Shown here: one piece after another, positions 12,269-30,726 of the stretch
Layout: every line of letters starts with the position of its first letter
How positions within the stretch are numbered: the first letter of the stretch is position 1
NCBI GenBank assembly: GCA_951406725.2
Contig: OX597819.1
Coordinates: 63,984,001-64,048,000 of the forward strand
Direction: 5' to 3'
From: Octopus vulgaris
Lineage: Eukaryota
Length of the DNA: 64,000 nt
The notes under the pieces: generated by a model
Told to the model about the DNA's origin: nothing
Databases searched by the model: none
The model's input: only the letters and a program-made list of their open reading frames with translations
Translations under genes and position numbers: made by a program

Positions 12269-13341
12269 ATATTCTTCTAATTTACCTAATCAACTACTTA
12301 ATACACCATGCTTATTTTTGTTATCTTATCTTCCTCTATCTTTGATTCTCAATTCATATTCAAGCATTGGTGTAACCAAGATATTCTGATGATCCCATGG
12401 TGCGCCTTTCTATCTCTAATAAATAGTCTATGTACAACTGCATTGTACAATGCACAGCATTCATTCAAGTGCAAACATGTAGAATAATTCATTATACACT
12501 GACATTATTATTACATAATGAAGTCTGCTGATCGGCCATGATCCTAAAGATAAAAAGTGGTTAATAAATATATTAGTCTAGGATACCTGCTGGTATTTGA
12601 TGGCTTATACACTCCTCATGAAATTACTCAGTCGGCTGGATGAAATGAATGGTGTTCCACAGCTCCATATTGGAGCAGAATGCATGCAGAAGGTTCCAAA
12701 TTACGCAAATACTCAGAAGAAGAGTAAAACATGCATACCAGTGAGGGAAAAGCTAGATAGGTGTGAGGTTTGTATTATATTTATACGCTTCAGTATATTG
12801 AGGGCTATGCAGTCAAGAGGCAAATTTAATGCAAGCAGTTCCTAAGTTGTGCGAATACTGACAGGAGGAATAAATATCACATTCTGGGAAGAGAAAAGGT
12901 AGATAGATAAGAGCGTCGCATTAGCTAGGTAAGAGCGTTACATACCGTTCAGTATATCGAGGGGTATTCAGTCCAGAGAGAAGGGGATTATCTCAGAAAC
13001 AGCAGTCAGAGATTATATTTCAGTATTTTTTACAATTTATTATGTAGCAATATTTAGAGTGAATTACATGAAATTAAAATCCCTTGTTATGCCTTGCCTA
13101 CTTTTTAGCTTATCCTCACTAATGTTGAACTACAAACGCACTCACACGCACACACATGTACACGCACAAACGCATGCATATATGTATGGATTATTATTAT
13201 TATATATATTTATTCTGATATATCTTTACACATATACATACAAAACATATACATATATATGTATATATATATATACATGTGTATATATATATGTATATAT
13301 ATATACATGTGTATATATATGTAAATATGTATGTATATATG

Positions 13342-13388
<47 letters not shown>

Positions 13389-13565
13389 TTATATATATAT
13401 ATATACACATATGTATATATGTGTGTGTATATATATGTATAGTTATGTATATATATGTATATATATATGCATATATATATGTATATAAATATGCATATAT
13501 ATGTCTATATATATTTCTATATATGTATATACATATATACATATATGTATATATATATATATATG

Positions 13566-13608
<43 letters not shown>

Positions 13609-13633
13609 ATATATATATATTTATATATATATG

Positions 13634-13717
<84 letters not shown>

Positions 13718-13719
<2 letters not shown>

Positions 13720-15186
13720 AAATACATAAAGGAGGAAGTAGAGCAGATGCCAAAATCAGCAAAGTCATGGAACAGATAGTCAGAAAGAAACTAATCGCAT
13801 TCCTTGAGGAAAATAACTTGCTGAGTAATACCCAGCATGGTTTCCGACCAGGTAGGAGCTGACTGACCCAGCTCTTACAGCATTATGACTGGGTGTTGAG
13901 GCAGTTACTCAACAAATCAAATGTGGACGTAATCTACCTTGATTTTGCAAAAGCTTTTGACAAGGTGGATCATGGCATGATAAGCCACAAACTACGTGAC
14001 CTCGGCATAGCTGGAAAACTTGGAGTGTGGTTGCATGACTTCCTGAAAGATAGGAGTCAGGCAGTAGCGGTTAATGAAGCCACCTCTATGAACACACAAA
14101 TAGTGAGCAGTGTTCCACAGGGCACTGTCTTTGGACCACTGCTTTTTATAGTGGCCCTCTTAGATATACCCTCAAGTGCCCGGATAGCCACTCTGGCCAG
14201 CTATGCAGACGATACGAAAGTCTCGCAGAAAATACAGAACCCCAGCGATGTTGCACACCTGCAGCAGGAGTTGGACTCAATCTACAGATGAGCTGAGGAT
14301 AATAATATGCAGTTTAATGCTGAAAAGTTCCAGGCCCTGCGCTACCAGCATCCAAAACTGAATATTAAACTTACAGGATACACCGGTCCACAGGGAATTT
14401 CAATCCCAGAGCCTAAGTCTTTGAGGGGCCTGGGTATCGACATGAGTGATGATACCTCTTTCCGAGTGCACATTACCAGAATGGCGACAAAGTGCAGACG
14501 ACTGGCTGGGTGGAGCCTAAGAACATTCAGAACCAGAGATAAGGAAACCATGATGGTCCTCTGTCAGACATTCGTCCTCAGTCGCCTGAATTACTGCTCA
14601 CAGCTATGGTCACCCACCAGTGTAAAATTAACAGCGGACCTTGAAGCAATCCAGAGAAGATTCACAAAGAAGATCATCTCTTTGCAACAGCTCAGCTACT
14701 GGGAAAGGTTGAAACAGCTAAGACTCTACTCCCTGGAGAGAAGACGGGAGAGGTATGCAGTAGAATATGTCTGGAAGATCCTGGAAGGAATTGTGCCAAA
14801 TTTTGGCATTGTAAGCTACACCAATGCTAGAACGGGACGACACTGCATAGTGCCAAAGATCCCAGCAATGCCATCACGCTTCAGGACCAGCTTCTGCAAC
14901 AGCCTGGGTTTCAAGGGCCCACAGCTTTTTAATATTCTCCCAAAGAGTCTGAGGAACTTGCACAAAGTGGATGTAGCGGTTTTTAAATCAAAACTGGACA
15001 TCTTCCTGTCAAGAGTCCCAGATGAACCTACCTCACGGCAGGAGGTGCAAATGAGAGTAGCTATATCAAACTCCATTCTTCACCAAGTGCCACATATTAG
15101 ACGAGGTTCGTCGTAATAACAGTGTAGCACAAGACGGCGGTGCATCAGCATGGCCGCAGCTCTGAGTTGAAACTAGGAAAAAAAAA
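13718..15186 (+). mobile_element. 5'-truncated CR1/L2-group LINE (RT plus C-terminus, 3' UTR, A-rich tail)
   Basis: [62 protein letters not shown]. Stops near 13860 and 14290; the usual NYRPISL motif is deleted. Confidence 0.92.
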
Positions 15187-15333
15187 TACATATCTGTAAA
15201 TTCCTTACAGATAAATTCCTCTATTTATATAATATCGGGGTCTCTGTCATTCTTTTTCCGTCTTACCATTTTTATCAATATATATATTGAGTTGGCAGGA
15301 AAGTACCTTTCGGTTTTTTTCTGTAAAAGAAAA

Positions 15334-15630
<297 letters not shown>

Positions 15631-15957
15631 GATTGATATATCAATGTGTATGAGACTGTGTATATTTGCGGACGTCCATATGAATCGTTGTTAATGTCTC
15701 GCCGCCGGTAATTTCAGATCAATTATTCATTTGAAGCCTTCTGTTGATGACCATCCCAATCTAATTTTGTGTCAATATGTCTAAAAGTACATTTACCTCA
15801 CAGTGGCTGAAAAACACTCGACATACCTGTCTTCGAAATTGTATGTCTTGACGTGAGAAAATATTGTTGCGCCATCTTGTATCTACTGACAAACTACAGA
15901 ACAATACATGTGTTCATCTGTGGATTTACGTGTAGTTTTATATATTTCTCTGTCTTT

Positions 15958-16021
<64 letters not shown>

Positions 16022-16519
16022 GTGTGACTGTGTGTATTTGTGTGCGTGTGTGTGTGAGTGCGGTCGTTTAATTGGATTTCTATTTGATTTCGTTCTGAGT
16101 GTAAATATTGCTAGATTGAGAAGTAAATATTATCAAAAAAATATCGTCACACCTAGGAGGCTAAAATAATATATAAACGGAATAATTAGTAGTTAATCGT
16201 ATTTAACTGACACAAAGTAACGAAATTCAATAAATTTCCTTTTTTTCTATTCCATCGGTGATTTTCATTTTATTATATATATATATATATATATATAAAT
16301 GAAATGAATAATATTTTTTTTTAAATAATGGAAATACACACCCTGACAAGCACCCCACCAGCCCACCAAAAAAAGAGAAATATATAGGCAACTAAATAGA
16401 TACATGGGTTTATATAGAATGATATTTATCACTTTATTATGTAAATCTTTTTTGACATAGTCATGCACATATATATGCCTATATATATGTATATACATTC
16501 ATATACCTGTATATGTATG

Positions 16520-16651
<132 letters not shown>

Positions 16652-17077
16652 TGGGATGAGATAGCTGTGTATAAGAGAGTGAGACGAGTCTATATACAGG
16701 CTGACAGCTAGAGGGAGATAACTGATGGTAAGACCATTAAAACTAGTGTATAATTGACAGTTCAATTTTAAGTAGACAACTCCATTTAACGCTCCTGCAA
16801 TGTTTTTACAAAATTCTTTTAAATGTTATACGATACCAATTATGTTAAATTTATTGTTGTCCAAGTTATATTATTAAGCGCTAGATCACTTCGACTGTTC
16901 TAAGACAGCGAATATTTAGCCACTTAAAGACAAAATTTTTCAAACAAAAATAGAGAGAAAAACAAAAGTACATATGTGTGATCTGTCTGTGTATAAGCTT
17001 GTGTCTGTGTGCGAGTGTTTATAAATATGTATCGTCATATAGATAGATATATAGATTATATAAATAGATACATACGT

Positions 17078-17109
<32 letters not shown>

Positions 17110-17449
17110 GCATAATTTAATAAATATAGAATTTAAATGTGCACGACAATAGGTATCAGGCTCGGATGGTGCTATATTTCGTTGATCTAGCATTTTGCGT
17201 AATGAGCCGTCTTCTACTCTGTAAACGTTTAAATTATACTGGCTCACATTTGAATTTCGTTTATTAAATGGAGCACTTGCTTTGTCGATCCAGACAACAA
17301 CAGTAGAGTACATTATTTATATAATATAAATATACGTATGCTACTGACAGTCGTCTTTATTTGGAATGGGTGTACTATATTTGAATGTTGCTTTATAAAT
17401 ATTTCTAGAATACTGACAGAAATAGAAGGTTGATAACATTCTTCAGTGT

Positions 17450-17940
17450 GTTTTGAGAATGGAAAGAGCAAAAACGAAAGTTTCAAACTTAATTTGTAGA
17501 ACTGACCCCTAACTTTTCTCATGGCAATCACTGCGTATTGATAGTTACCATGAAATAAATAAGGATAAAAAGAAAGTAAGAAATGAATATAAAGAATGAC
17601 TGAATGAAAGAAGGACTGAAGCATTGCTACAATATTGATGAAAACAAGATTATATTTTAGAAATACTACTGTTTGAAATATATGTTATGAACTGTAAGCG
17701 TTTTGATAGATTCTGTTGACTGTGAAAATCATTACAGATACTTGTTTGGGCAATTTTGCTAAATATATTTAGGTCCTGTTTAGAAACAATCGAATGAAGC
17801 AAGATACAAGACGCGGAAAATTTATATTAGTAGATAATTTTACTTTCGCAAAGATTGTTTGAGTGTTTAAGTTGAGTGAATTATATCAAAAGCGACGCAC
17901 GGATGAGTTGGAAACAAGGCATGTTAAGCCATTCTATCAG
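17450..17940 (+). pseudogene. Highly degenerate pogo/Tigger-like DDE transposase relic
   Basis: With frameshifts: CYNIDE-TRLYFR (cf. NxDETGL), NRMKQDTRRGKFILVDNF (cf. RKILLxxDN), L(E)QGML (cf. DQGII), in the expected order. Confidence 0.4.
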
Positions 17941-19521
17941 CTGGACTTGCCCATTTTATGAGGTGTGAAAAATCCACTACTTTCTGAAACAGTAATTATT
18001 TTTGGGATAGAATAATGTAATTTTTCAGTAAAACAATTCTGCAAAAGCAACGCAATTATGGTTAAAGAAATCTACCTCATAAATAGTATTCTTATTTATA
18101 TGCTAGCGCTTCAATTAGAATTTCTCGACTATGGTGTCTGGGGTGGGGTGAATAGCATGTAGCAGTATCAGAAATGGAGGAAGACGATCTGTGAATCGAA
18201 AGTAAATTTGGTCATGCGTGAAAAATGAATGGGAAAACATGGTCATTTTTGCAAACAAAAATACTACTGGAAAAGAAAGAGAAAGGGATGGGGAGTTTTT
18301 TTTTGTGTGTGGTATGTGATAGTGTTTCTTTCTTAACATACGAGGAGTGTATGAACAGTTTTGAGCCTTCAAGGCCTTTGAGACTTGAAGTCTTGTGCCT
18401 TCAACAGAAGTCTTGTAACATGTTTTTTTTTTTGGGGGGGGGGCTCAAGACTTTTCATACACCGCTTGTATCTTTACTTTCTGGACCCGTTTTGTTACTA
18501 ATTTCGCATACAAGGTGTCATATGCATTTCATTTCTAAATTATAATGCATCTTCCGTAAAATACTTAACTCACTGGATGGATATTCTAAATGTGATATGG
18601 TGACTAATATTTGCTCCTGTTGTCTTCCTGAACCTCAGGTCAGCTCTTATCGATTTGATATGAGACAGAAATATTTTCAATAATTATCAACGTATTATCA
18701 CGTATACCAAATAATATAGTTTCACATGCATTCGAATTTCTTTAAAAGAGTAAACTGGAATTTAAAAGATATAAAAATGATATCCCAGCATGCTGTCAAA
18801 GGGCGTGAAATTTCCGTTATGGATAATGGAAATATGTGTTGCGCGTAAATAATGATTTTATCAGGTGCAAAATCTGTTGTACGTATGCCATACTAAATTT
18901 GTTTATTGTATTAGCGGATGAAACCGTACAATACGTGTTGTATAATTTTAAAACAAAATTCTGCTTTCAATGTTGTGAACGATGATCCAGTTATCTCTTA
19001 GAGTACAAATACATTCATTTCTGTATATGATTATGATACCTGAAATATTATGTTTCATCTTGATAAATAAGACGTGTCCCGATTTTATCGTTGTCACATA
19101 CAAGATTTAATATATACTTAAACATCTTATTCTAAGTGTTCATGTTGAACATTTGGCACCACGCCCAATAAATATACTTGACTAAACGATCACACATATG
19201 AATAAAATCTATCGTCACAAGAACTGGATAAGAGCCAATAATCAACTCAAACTTTGTGCTGATTTGTAGCATACATTTCACAAACGTGTGTCCTTTCCGC
19301 TAAGATATTTTATATATATTGCATCTAAATTCAGCTAATCCGATTCTGATTTTAGTCCAAATATTTTGAGCCGTAGTTTGCTTCCATGCTGACTTCCTTC
19401 CTTCCTCTCTGTCCATTTGTTTTCGAACCAGGCCATACTGAGATTCCATACTCCATTACTATGCTCTATATTTGAGAACATTCGAATAAATCATTTCTGG
19501 GATTATTTTCCTTTCTTATAT

Positions 19522-19712
19522 CTTTTATCATTTACTTGTTTATGTCGTACGACAGCAGCCATGCTGAGGCAGCGCGTTGACAATTTTAGCCCAACAAATC
19601 CAGCGCAGTACTTACTGTGAGGCGCCCTTTTACCAAATCACAACGCTACAGATAATTAAACAAACCAACGCCGGTTATCAAGCATGGGTGAGGGGAAAAC
19701 ACAAGCACAAAC
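19522..19712 (-). mobile_element. Degenerate SINE family A 3' half
   Basis: TTTACTTGTTT...GCAGCCATGCTG and AACCAACGCCGGTTATCAAGC match the reverse complement of the family A tail and body. Confidence 0.6.
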
Positions 19713-19752
19713 ACACACACACATACATATATATATATAGACATGCAATTAG

Positions 19753-19797
<45 letters not shown>

Positions 19798-19832
19798 TAC
19801 ATATGCATATCTATGTATATAATATGCATAAG

Positions 19833-19893
<61 letters not shown>

Positions 19894-19987
19894 ATATACA
19901 TATATATACATATATATATACATATATATTTATATATATATGTGTATATATAAATATATATACATATATATATATACATATATATGC

Positions 19988-20046
<59 letters not shown>

Positions 20047-20052
20047 AATTAG

Positions 20053-23640
<3,588 letters not shown>

Positions 23641-23769
23641 AAAATTTATATATATATCATACTTTGTGAAATTTGTTTTAGTATTTCGAAATTGAATTTT
23701 TCCCTGTAAGTTTGGAATTATATTCCCTCAAATTATACATATATATATAATATAGACATATGTATATAT

Positions 23770-23805
<36 letters not shown>

Positions 23806-23815
23806 AATGCCTATT

Positions 23816-23905
<90 letters not shown>

Positions 23906-24595
23906 TGTATGTATATATATATACATGTCAGCTGAAAAGTTTCACTGGATTATATGACTACGAGAAAATGTGTTAGAATTTCCGTTAAGTTTATTCAGGC
24001 TACCCAAAGTTTCCCTCAATCAAATTCCCTCACGAATCTCAGAGAGAGTGTAGAAGTCACATTTATCATTATGACGCGCATTGCACCTAAGACTGAACAC
24101 AACAATATATACTCCCTAAACGTGCTTTCTAACCACTCAGCCACAAGTTTGGTTTCATATACAATCAAATATATTATGCCTTATTCTTATTTTGACATCG
24201 CGCTAGTTTCCGATTGCTGTATATTAAAAGAAATTGAACTACAAGGGTGAGGAATCTGTATGTAGGAAATACAACATCCTCAAACTCGTGCATATTTGCT
24301 AAACGTGAGATATATTTCGCCATGGAATAATTGAGATTTATATAGGTTTCGCGAATATATAATGAGAATCATCTGAGCACTCAACAGGCAGAATAGACCG
24401 GAGCGGGGAGGAATTGGCTTCTAGAATGCAATTACCTCATGCAATGTAGAAAAGGAATTCTCGCATCTACCTATGGTAGTGTACAGCATGCAACGGCAAT
24501 TTATGCAACCCTGAGTTCATGCAGTATGATATGTGTTAAAACCACCTTACTGTGATAAGCATATGTATGTGTGCATAGGAATAAATGCATATATA

Positions 24596-24626
<31 letters not shown>

Positions 24627-24665
24627 GTGTGGTTGTGTATCTATCTATCTATCTATCTATATCTA

Positions 24666-24753
<88 letters not shown>

Positions 24754-24766
24754 CACAACCACACAC

Positions 24767-24819
<53 letters not shown>

Positions 24820-25167
24820 ACACACGCACACACGCACACATATATATATGTGTGTATATATATTTAGTCTTATCAATATTTAGCAGAAGTAACAGATTGA
24901 CACAAAACTTCGGGGTGCGCGTATTAATTGAATGCTTCGATATGAAATTAATTTCATATATGTCATGGCGCGAAACAGTCGTTCCCCTGAGTCACTCTTT
25001 TTGCTACTAAATACGCACATACATACATTCATATATTGTATGTATGTAAGTATGCAAGCCTGTATGTACGTATGTATATATATATATATATATATATAGG
25101 TATGTATATATACACTCAACTCTAATCTTCCTCTTTCCATTTCCAAACGCACGCACGCACACACACA

Positions 25168-25198
<31 letters not shown>

Positions 25199-25824
25199 GT
25201 AATGTAGTTATACAGTTTCACATCTAATGAAGGATATATGAGGCAGTATACCACGTTCTTGAGATTAATTCATTTTAGTTGATGGTAGAAATCCACTTCC
25301 AGACCCAAAATGAAATATTCTCCATACAAGGTTTTCTTTGCTTATATGCGAACAAACATTTGAAAGCAGCTGCTCTCTGTTTCGTAAAGTTGTTCAATAT
25401 GTTAACAATGTCACATGAAAACATAGTAATCATTTCTATAAGTGTAATTTTCGTAATAATGACGATATTTGTGATGAAGATACGGAAAGTTGAAAGTAAA
25501 ATAATTTTCGAGGCAAATATATTGATAATGGCGACTTCAACAAAGATGATGACGAAGACGATGATACTTTTGAGGATAATCTTTAAATATTACGAACACT
25601 CTTCTCCAATCACGATCTTGTTATTGGGCTTCAGTTATCATATATAAATTTGTGTAACTATGTGTCCGTGGATGTGTGTGCGTGTGTGTGTGCGTGTTTG
25701 TGCTCCTCTGTCTGTTAATACATACGTTTGTATGACTGTGTAAGTGTGTGTATCTTGTTAAGTATGAATGTAGGCGCATATAGATAATAAATGTATGCAT
25801 TTACACAAATACCAAAATATATAT

Positions 25825-25954
25825 GTGGCTGTGTTGTAATAAACCTCTTTACCAAACACATGGTTCAGGTTCAATCCCACTGTGTAGCACGTTGGGCAAA
25901 TGTGTTCTACTATAGCCTCGGGCCAAGCAAACTTTGTGAGTGGATTTCATAGAC
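25825..25954 (+). mobile_element. SINE family A 5' fragment
   Basis: GTGGCTGTGT...GGTTCAATCCCACTG...TTCTACTATAGCCTCGGGCC...TTGTGAGTGGATTT. Confidence 0.8.
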
Positions 25955-25957
25955 GTG

Positions 25958-25991
<34 letters not shown>

Positions 25992-25997
<6 letters not shown>

Positions 25998-26340
25998 ATT
26001 CCGTTCTGTCTGTCTGTCTGTGTGTCATCTAGGATCTCGGGCATCCTCCAACCGATGTCGCTCAAATTTGATATGTGGATACCAACGGTATCAGGGCGTG
26101 TATGAATCTTGCAAATATTACAAAAATCGATTCCAGGTCAGAATGCGATAGATAAAGCTGTTTTTGTCCTGCTTTTCTTCTGTACATAACTGCACCTTAC
26201 ATTTTTTGTTGTTTTTGTACTGCTTAAAGGCACGTTTCTTTCTTACCAAGCTTACTATTTAAACTATGTTTGTGTTCTCCCAGTCAACAGCCTTATCGTT
26301 ACTGGTACTTTAAACTCTTCGGTTGCATATTTGTTTGAAT
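25992..26340 (+). mobile_element. Possible non-autonomous Helitron-like 5' segment
   Basis: TA-rich start, (GTCT)n, then CAACCGATGTCGCTCAAATTTG, a layout seen in invertebrate non-autonomous Helitrons; no 3' hairpin/CTRR end identified. Confidence 0.35.
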
Positions 26341-27069
26341 AAAATCGTTTTTCTTTGGAATGGAAAAAAATGTCTATCTTTCTTTCTTTTTTGTTTTTTT
26401 TTTTGGTGGTGTCTGAAACGTAAACGACATTTTCACCTTCCCGAGCATCAAAAAATGCACCTGGTTATTGTTTAAACATCTGACTTCGTCTTTTCGTTTT
26501 CTGTAAATTTCAGTAATATATCTACGTATCTGTGTATGTATACATCTATATATATATATATACATATATACATACACACACAGTCTCTCTTCTCACTCAC
26601 ACACACACACACACACATACATACACGTATTACGCCAATAATAATAACTGAAGAACTAGTACAATATCACTTCGTTATTATTAGACAAGTGGTTAGATAT
26701 TTTACTAATTTCCTTACAATAAACAAGTGTCTTCTTACTATGCTATAACGACCCGCCTACTAAGCAATAACTTTGGAGTAAACTCTCGAATTCACATCGA
26801 GAACCTGACAAGCAAAATGCAAAAATTAAATTTAGACTTTATTCAGTGAAATTGAAATAAATAAAGAGAATCGTGTCTGAGAGTTTTCGATGTATTGAGA
26901 GAAATTTGTAGACGTTTTGCTTAAATTACATGCTCAATAATCGAAAGTAATTTCTTCCAGGAGAAAACAGAAGTGGAAGTATGTCCGAACAGACTCCATT
27001 TGAAGAGAGAAAAGTCCCTAAAACAAAGAAACAAAACACATTTTAATGCAATATAATAAAGGTCAAAAA

Positions 27070-27650
27070 GGCGGCGAGCTGGCCGAATCATTGGCACGCT
27101 GGGCGAAATGCTTAGCAGTATTTCGTCTGCCGTTACGTTCTGAGTTCAAATTCCGCCGAGGTCGACTTTGCCTTTCATCCTTTCGCGGTCGATAAATTAC
27201 GTACCAGTTACGCACTGGAGTCGATGTAATCGATTTAATCCTTTTGTCTGTCCTTTTTTGTCCTCTCTGTGTTTAGCCCCTTGTGGGTAGTAAAGAAATA
27301 GGTATTCCGTCTGTCGCTACGTTCTGAGTTCAAATTCCGCCGAGGTCGAATTTGCCTTTAATCCTTTCGGGGTTAATTAAATAAGTACCAGTTACGCACT
27401 GGGGTCGATATAATTGACTTCCATCCCTTTGTCTTTAATTGTTTGTCCTCTCTGTGTTTAGCCCCTTGTGGGTAGTAAAGAAGTAGGTATTTCGTCTGCC
27501 CCTACGTTTTGAGTTCAAATTCCGCCGGGGTCAACTTTGCCTTTCATCCTTTTAGGGTCGATAAATTAAGTACCACTGGCGCAATGGGGTCCATCTAATC
27601 TACTGACTCCCTCCCGAAAAGTCATTTGTCTTGTGCTTAGAGTATAAAGG
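27070..27650 (+). mobile_element. SINE family C with one head and three tandem ~185 bp body units
   Basis: Head GGCGGCGAGCTGG once; the unit GTATTTCGTCTG...GAGTTCAAATTCCGCCGAGGTCGACTTTGCCTTTCATCCTTTCG(G)GGTCGATAAATTAAGTACCA starts at ~27118, 27302 and 27487. Confidence 0.88.
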
Positions 27651-28113
27651 AATAAAATATTAATCAAACTACACATGAGGTCATTTGAAGGATAAATCCA
27701 AACATTTTGCTACAGTTCTCAATTGTGTTACCTAGTACTTCCTGATTGTAAAACTGAAAAACGAAATATTGTAAAATCATAAAATTGTAAAAATCGCAAA
27801 TAACAAAATATATATTTCTAGGTATGTTTGTATTTAAAGGCATTTGCGCCCTATATTTATGTATTTCCATATATATATAACTAGCTACTATTTTTAAGGT
27901 AATTTTTTTTGCTTTATTTTCCTTGAATGTTGTATAATAGATTTTTTTTTGTAGCAATGGGTGGTGTAAGGATGATAATATTTTTATGCATTTCTAGCAA
28001 CATTAGTCCTAAACTAGGACTTCCATGTTATGTTGGCAAACAATCTTTACTATTATACCTCAAGTATTGAGTATTCTGTAATTCATATTATACGGGATGT
28101 AAGTTATGGTTGA

Positions 28114-28422
28114 TGGAGGCGCAATAGCCCAGTGGTTAGGGCAGCGGACTCGTCGTCGGAGGGTCGCAGTTTCGATTCCCAGACCGGACGTTGTGAGTGT
28201 TTATTGAGCGAAAACACCCAAAGATCCACGTGGCTCTGGCAGGTGGGGGGGTGACCCCTGTTGTACTCTTTCGCCCCAACATTCTCTCGCTCTTTCTTCC
28301 TGTTTCTTGAGTAACGCTGCGATGGACTGGCGTCCCGTCCAGCTAGGGGGAACACATACGTCATAGAAACCGGTACCAGGAGCCTGGCTAGACTTAAAAA
28401 GGGCACATAAATAAATAAATAA
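28114..28422 (+). mobile_element. tRNA-derived SINE family B, short-tail form, with 10 bp TSD
   Basis: tRNA-like head, (TAAA)n tail, TSD TTATGGTTGA at 28104-28113 and 28423-28432. Confidence 0.9.
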
Positions 28423-28829
28423 TTATGGTTGAGTGTTAGGGTATATTCATGCTAATGGGGATTCTTTTTTCTTTATTTGTTTATATATACATTTTGGTCG
28501 TGGATTATATTATGGGTTATATATATTTATACTTGAAATGATTGGAGTGTTATATATTTTGGTAATATTACCTGGTTTTTAGTATATGTGTGTATGTCTG
28601 TGCAAGTATGTATGTATATCGTTCTAACTTCTTCACGCGGATTTTTTGTGATTCTCCTGATAAATACCTAAATGCATTCTTGACTTATAATACTTTTCCT
28701 CTATTTTACGAATGTCTAATACGAAATTCCTTACGTGCCTATATAACAGACAAACTTTAGAATTCCTATTAGTAAATGAAATAGGGGTAATGGAGATTAA
28801 ATACTTTTGGAGATGTAGTGACTGTTATA

Positions 28830-29233
28830 GGCGCAGTAGTGGCTGTGTGGTAAGTAGCTTGCTTACCAACCACACGCTTCCGGGTTCAATCCCACTGCGT
28901 GGCAACTTGGGCAAGTGTCTTCTACTATAGCCTTGGGTCGACCAAAGCCTTGTGAGTTGATTTGGTAGATGGAAACTGAAAAGAAGCCCGTCGTATATAT
29001 GTGTATGTATATATAGGAGTGTGTTTGTGTGTCTGTGTTTGTCCCCCAACATCACTTGATAACCGATGCTGGTGTGTTTACGTCCCCGTAATCCAGCGAT
29101 TCGGCAAAAGAGACCAATAGAATAAGCACTAGGCTTACAAAAAATAAGTCCTGGGGTTGATTTGCTCGACTAAAGGCGGTGATGCAGCATGGCCACAGTC
29201 AAATGACTGAAACAAGTAAAAGAGTAAAAGAGT
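28830..29233 (+). mobile_element. Full-length SINE family A (tRNA head, CORE-like TTGGGCAAGT segment, LINE-like tail)
   Basis: GGCGCAG...GTGTGGTAAG...GGTTCAATCCC head; ends CAGCATGGCCACAGTCAAATGACTGAAAC(AAGTAAAAG)n. Confidence 0.9.
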
Positions 29234-29735
29234 ACTACCAAAATATTTCCATTTTCGATCATTTCTAATTAACAACTCTGCAGATAACATTTCTATAATT
29301 TTCAACTTTAATACGCATTCCAATTTACATAGAACAGTAAGTATGGATAAATATTGATTATAATAACGAAGTAAGTAGATATTCTTCAAGAGAAAACAGC
29401 TGCGATTTGCACTAAATATAATATGTGTATATATATATAAGTATATATATACACAAACACTATAGACTATATACATGCATAGATACATACATATATATAT
29501 ATATATATACATATATATATACAAACACATGCGCATAAGCCTATATACAGGCATGCTTGATGAACTTGTATATATTTTGTGTACCTATATTGACCTTTCC
29601 CGAAGTAAATATATCAATCAATTTGCTAGACGTTCCCCGAAACTTGTGGGTACAGACGAAGAGATAGACATATATAGACACTCACAAACACCCACACATG
29701 CGCACAAAGGTACACAAACAGCGGCAGAGATATAC

Positions 29736-29769
<34 letters not shown>

Positions 29770-29781
29770 GTATGTCTGTCC

Positions 29782-29899
<118 letters not shown>

Positions 29900-30374
29900 A
29901 GTAACATTTAGAGTTAGAAATTCATAGAAAGAAAGAGAAAAACGCATCAGTAAAGCGGATAGTTAAAACTTCTATATCGATAATGGCTAAGACAAATAAC
30001 AACCATCCTTCTTCAATATTATTCCAAATAAAGAAAAGGAAGGGAAACAAAAAAAAAAAGCTGTATAGCAACAAAAGATACAAATCCTATTGGCTTTCAT
30101 GCTTAATGGATATGATATTTTAAGTGTTTTTCAAACAGATCTACGGTCAATCTACTTCCTAAAGTCTATCCAGAAATAGTATATTATCAACAATTAGCAG
30201 TGGTGGAGATTTACCAAAAACATCACCAGCCCAGTGGGAGTCGATCAACAAAGATAAATTCCTTTTCCAGTAAGATATATAAAGATTTAAGCACGCACGC
30301 CGGTAAACACAAGCACAGAGGCACACAGCCATACATATATGCGTATATATTAGCACAAACGCACTGACGCAGAC

Positions 30375-30427
<53 letters not shown>

Positions 30428-30483
30428 AATATATATTTAAACACACGCGCTCTCACACACACTTATCTTTGTATGTGTGTATG

Positions 30484-30549
<66 letters not shown>

Positions 30550-30657
30550 CAAACATATGTATCATAGTCGTTCGTGACTGCATACGTGTCTACTTATGTT
30601 TATAATATGTAACATATTATATCTGTATAGACATCTGCAACCCACAAGAGAGTGATC

Positions 30658-30726
<69 letters not shown>

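Noticed and set aside
17056-17624. Two adjacent minus-strand ORFs as a membrane protein gene
   Set aside because: No recognisable motifs or splice structure; partly antisense to a probable pogo relic.
28114-28190. Genuine tRNA genes at SINE heads (also 28830, 40144, 3500-3574)
   Set aside because: No complete cloverleaf or acceptor stem; each continues into a SINE body.
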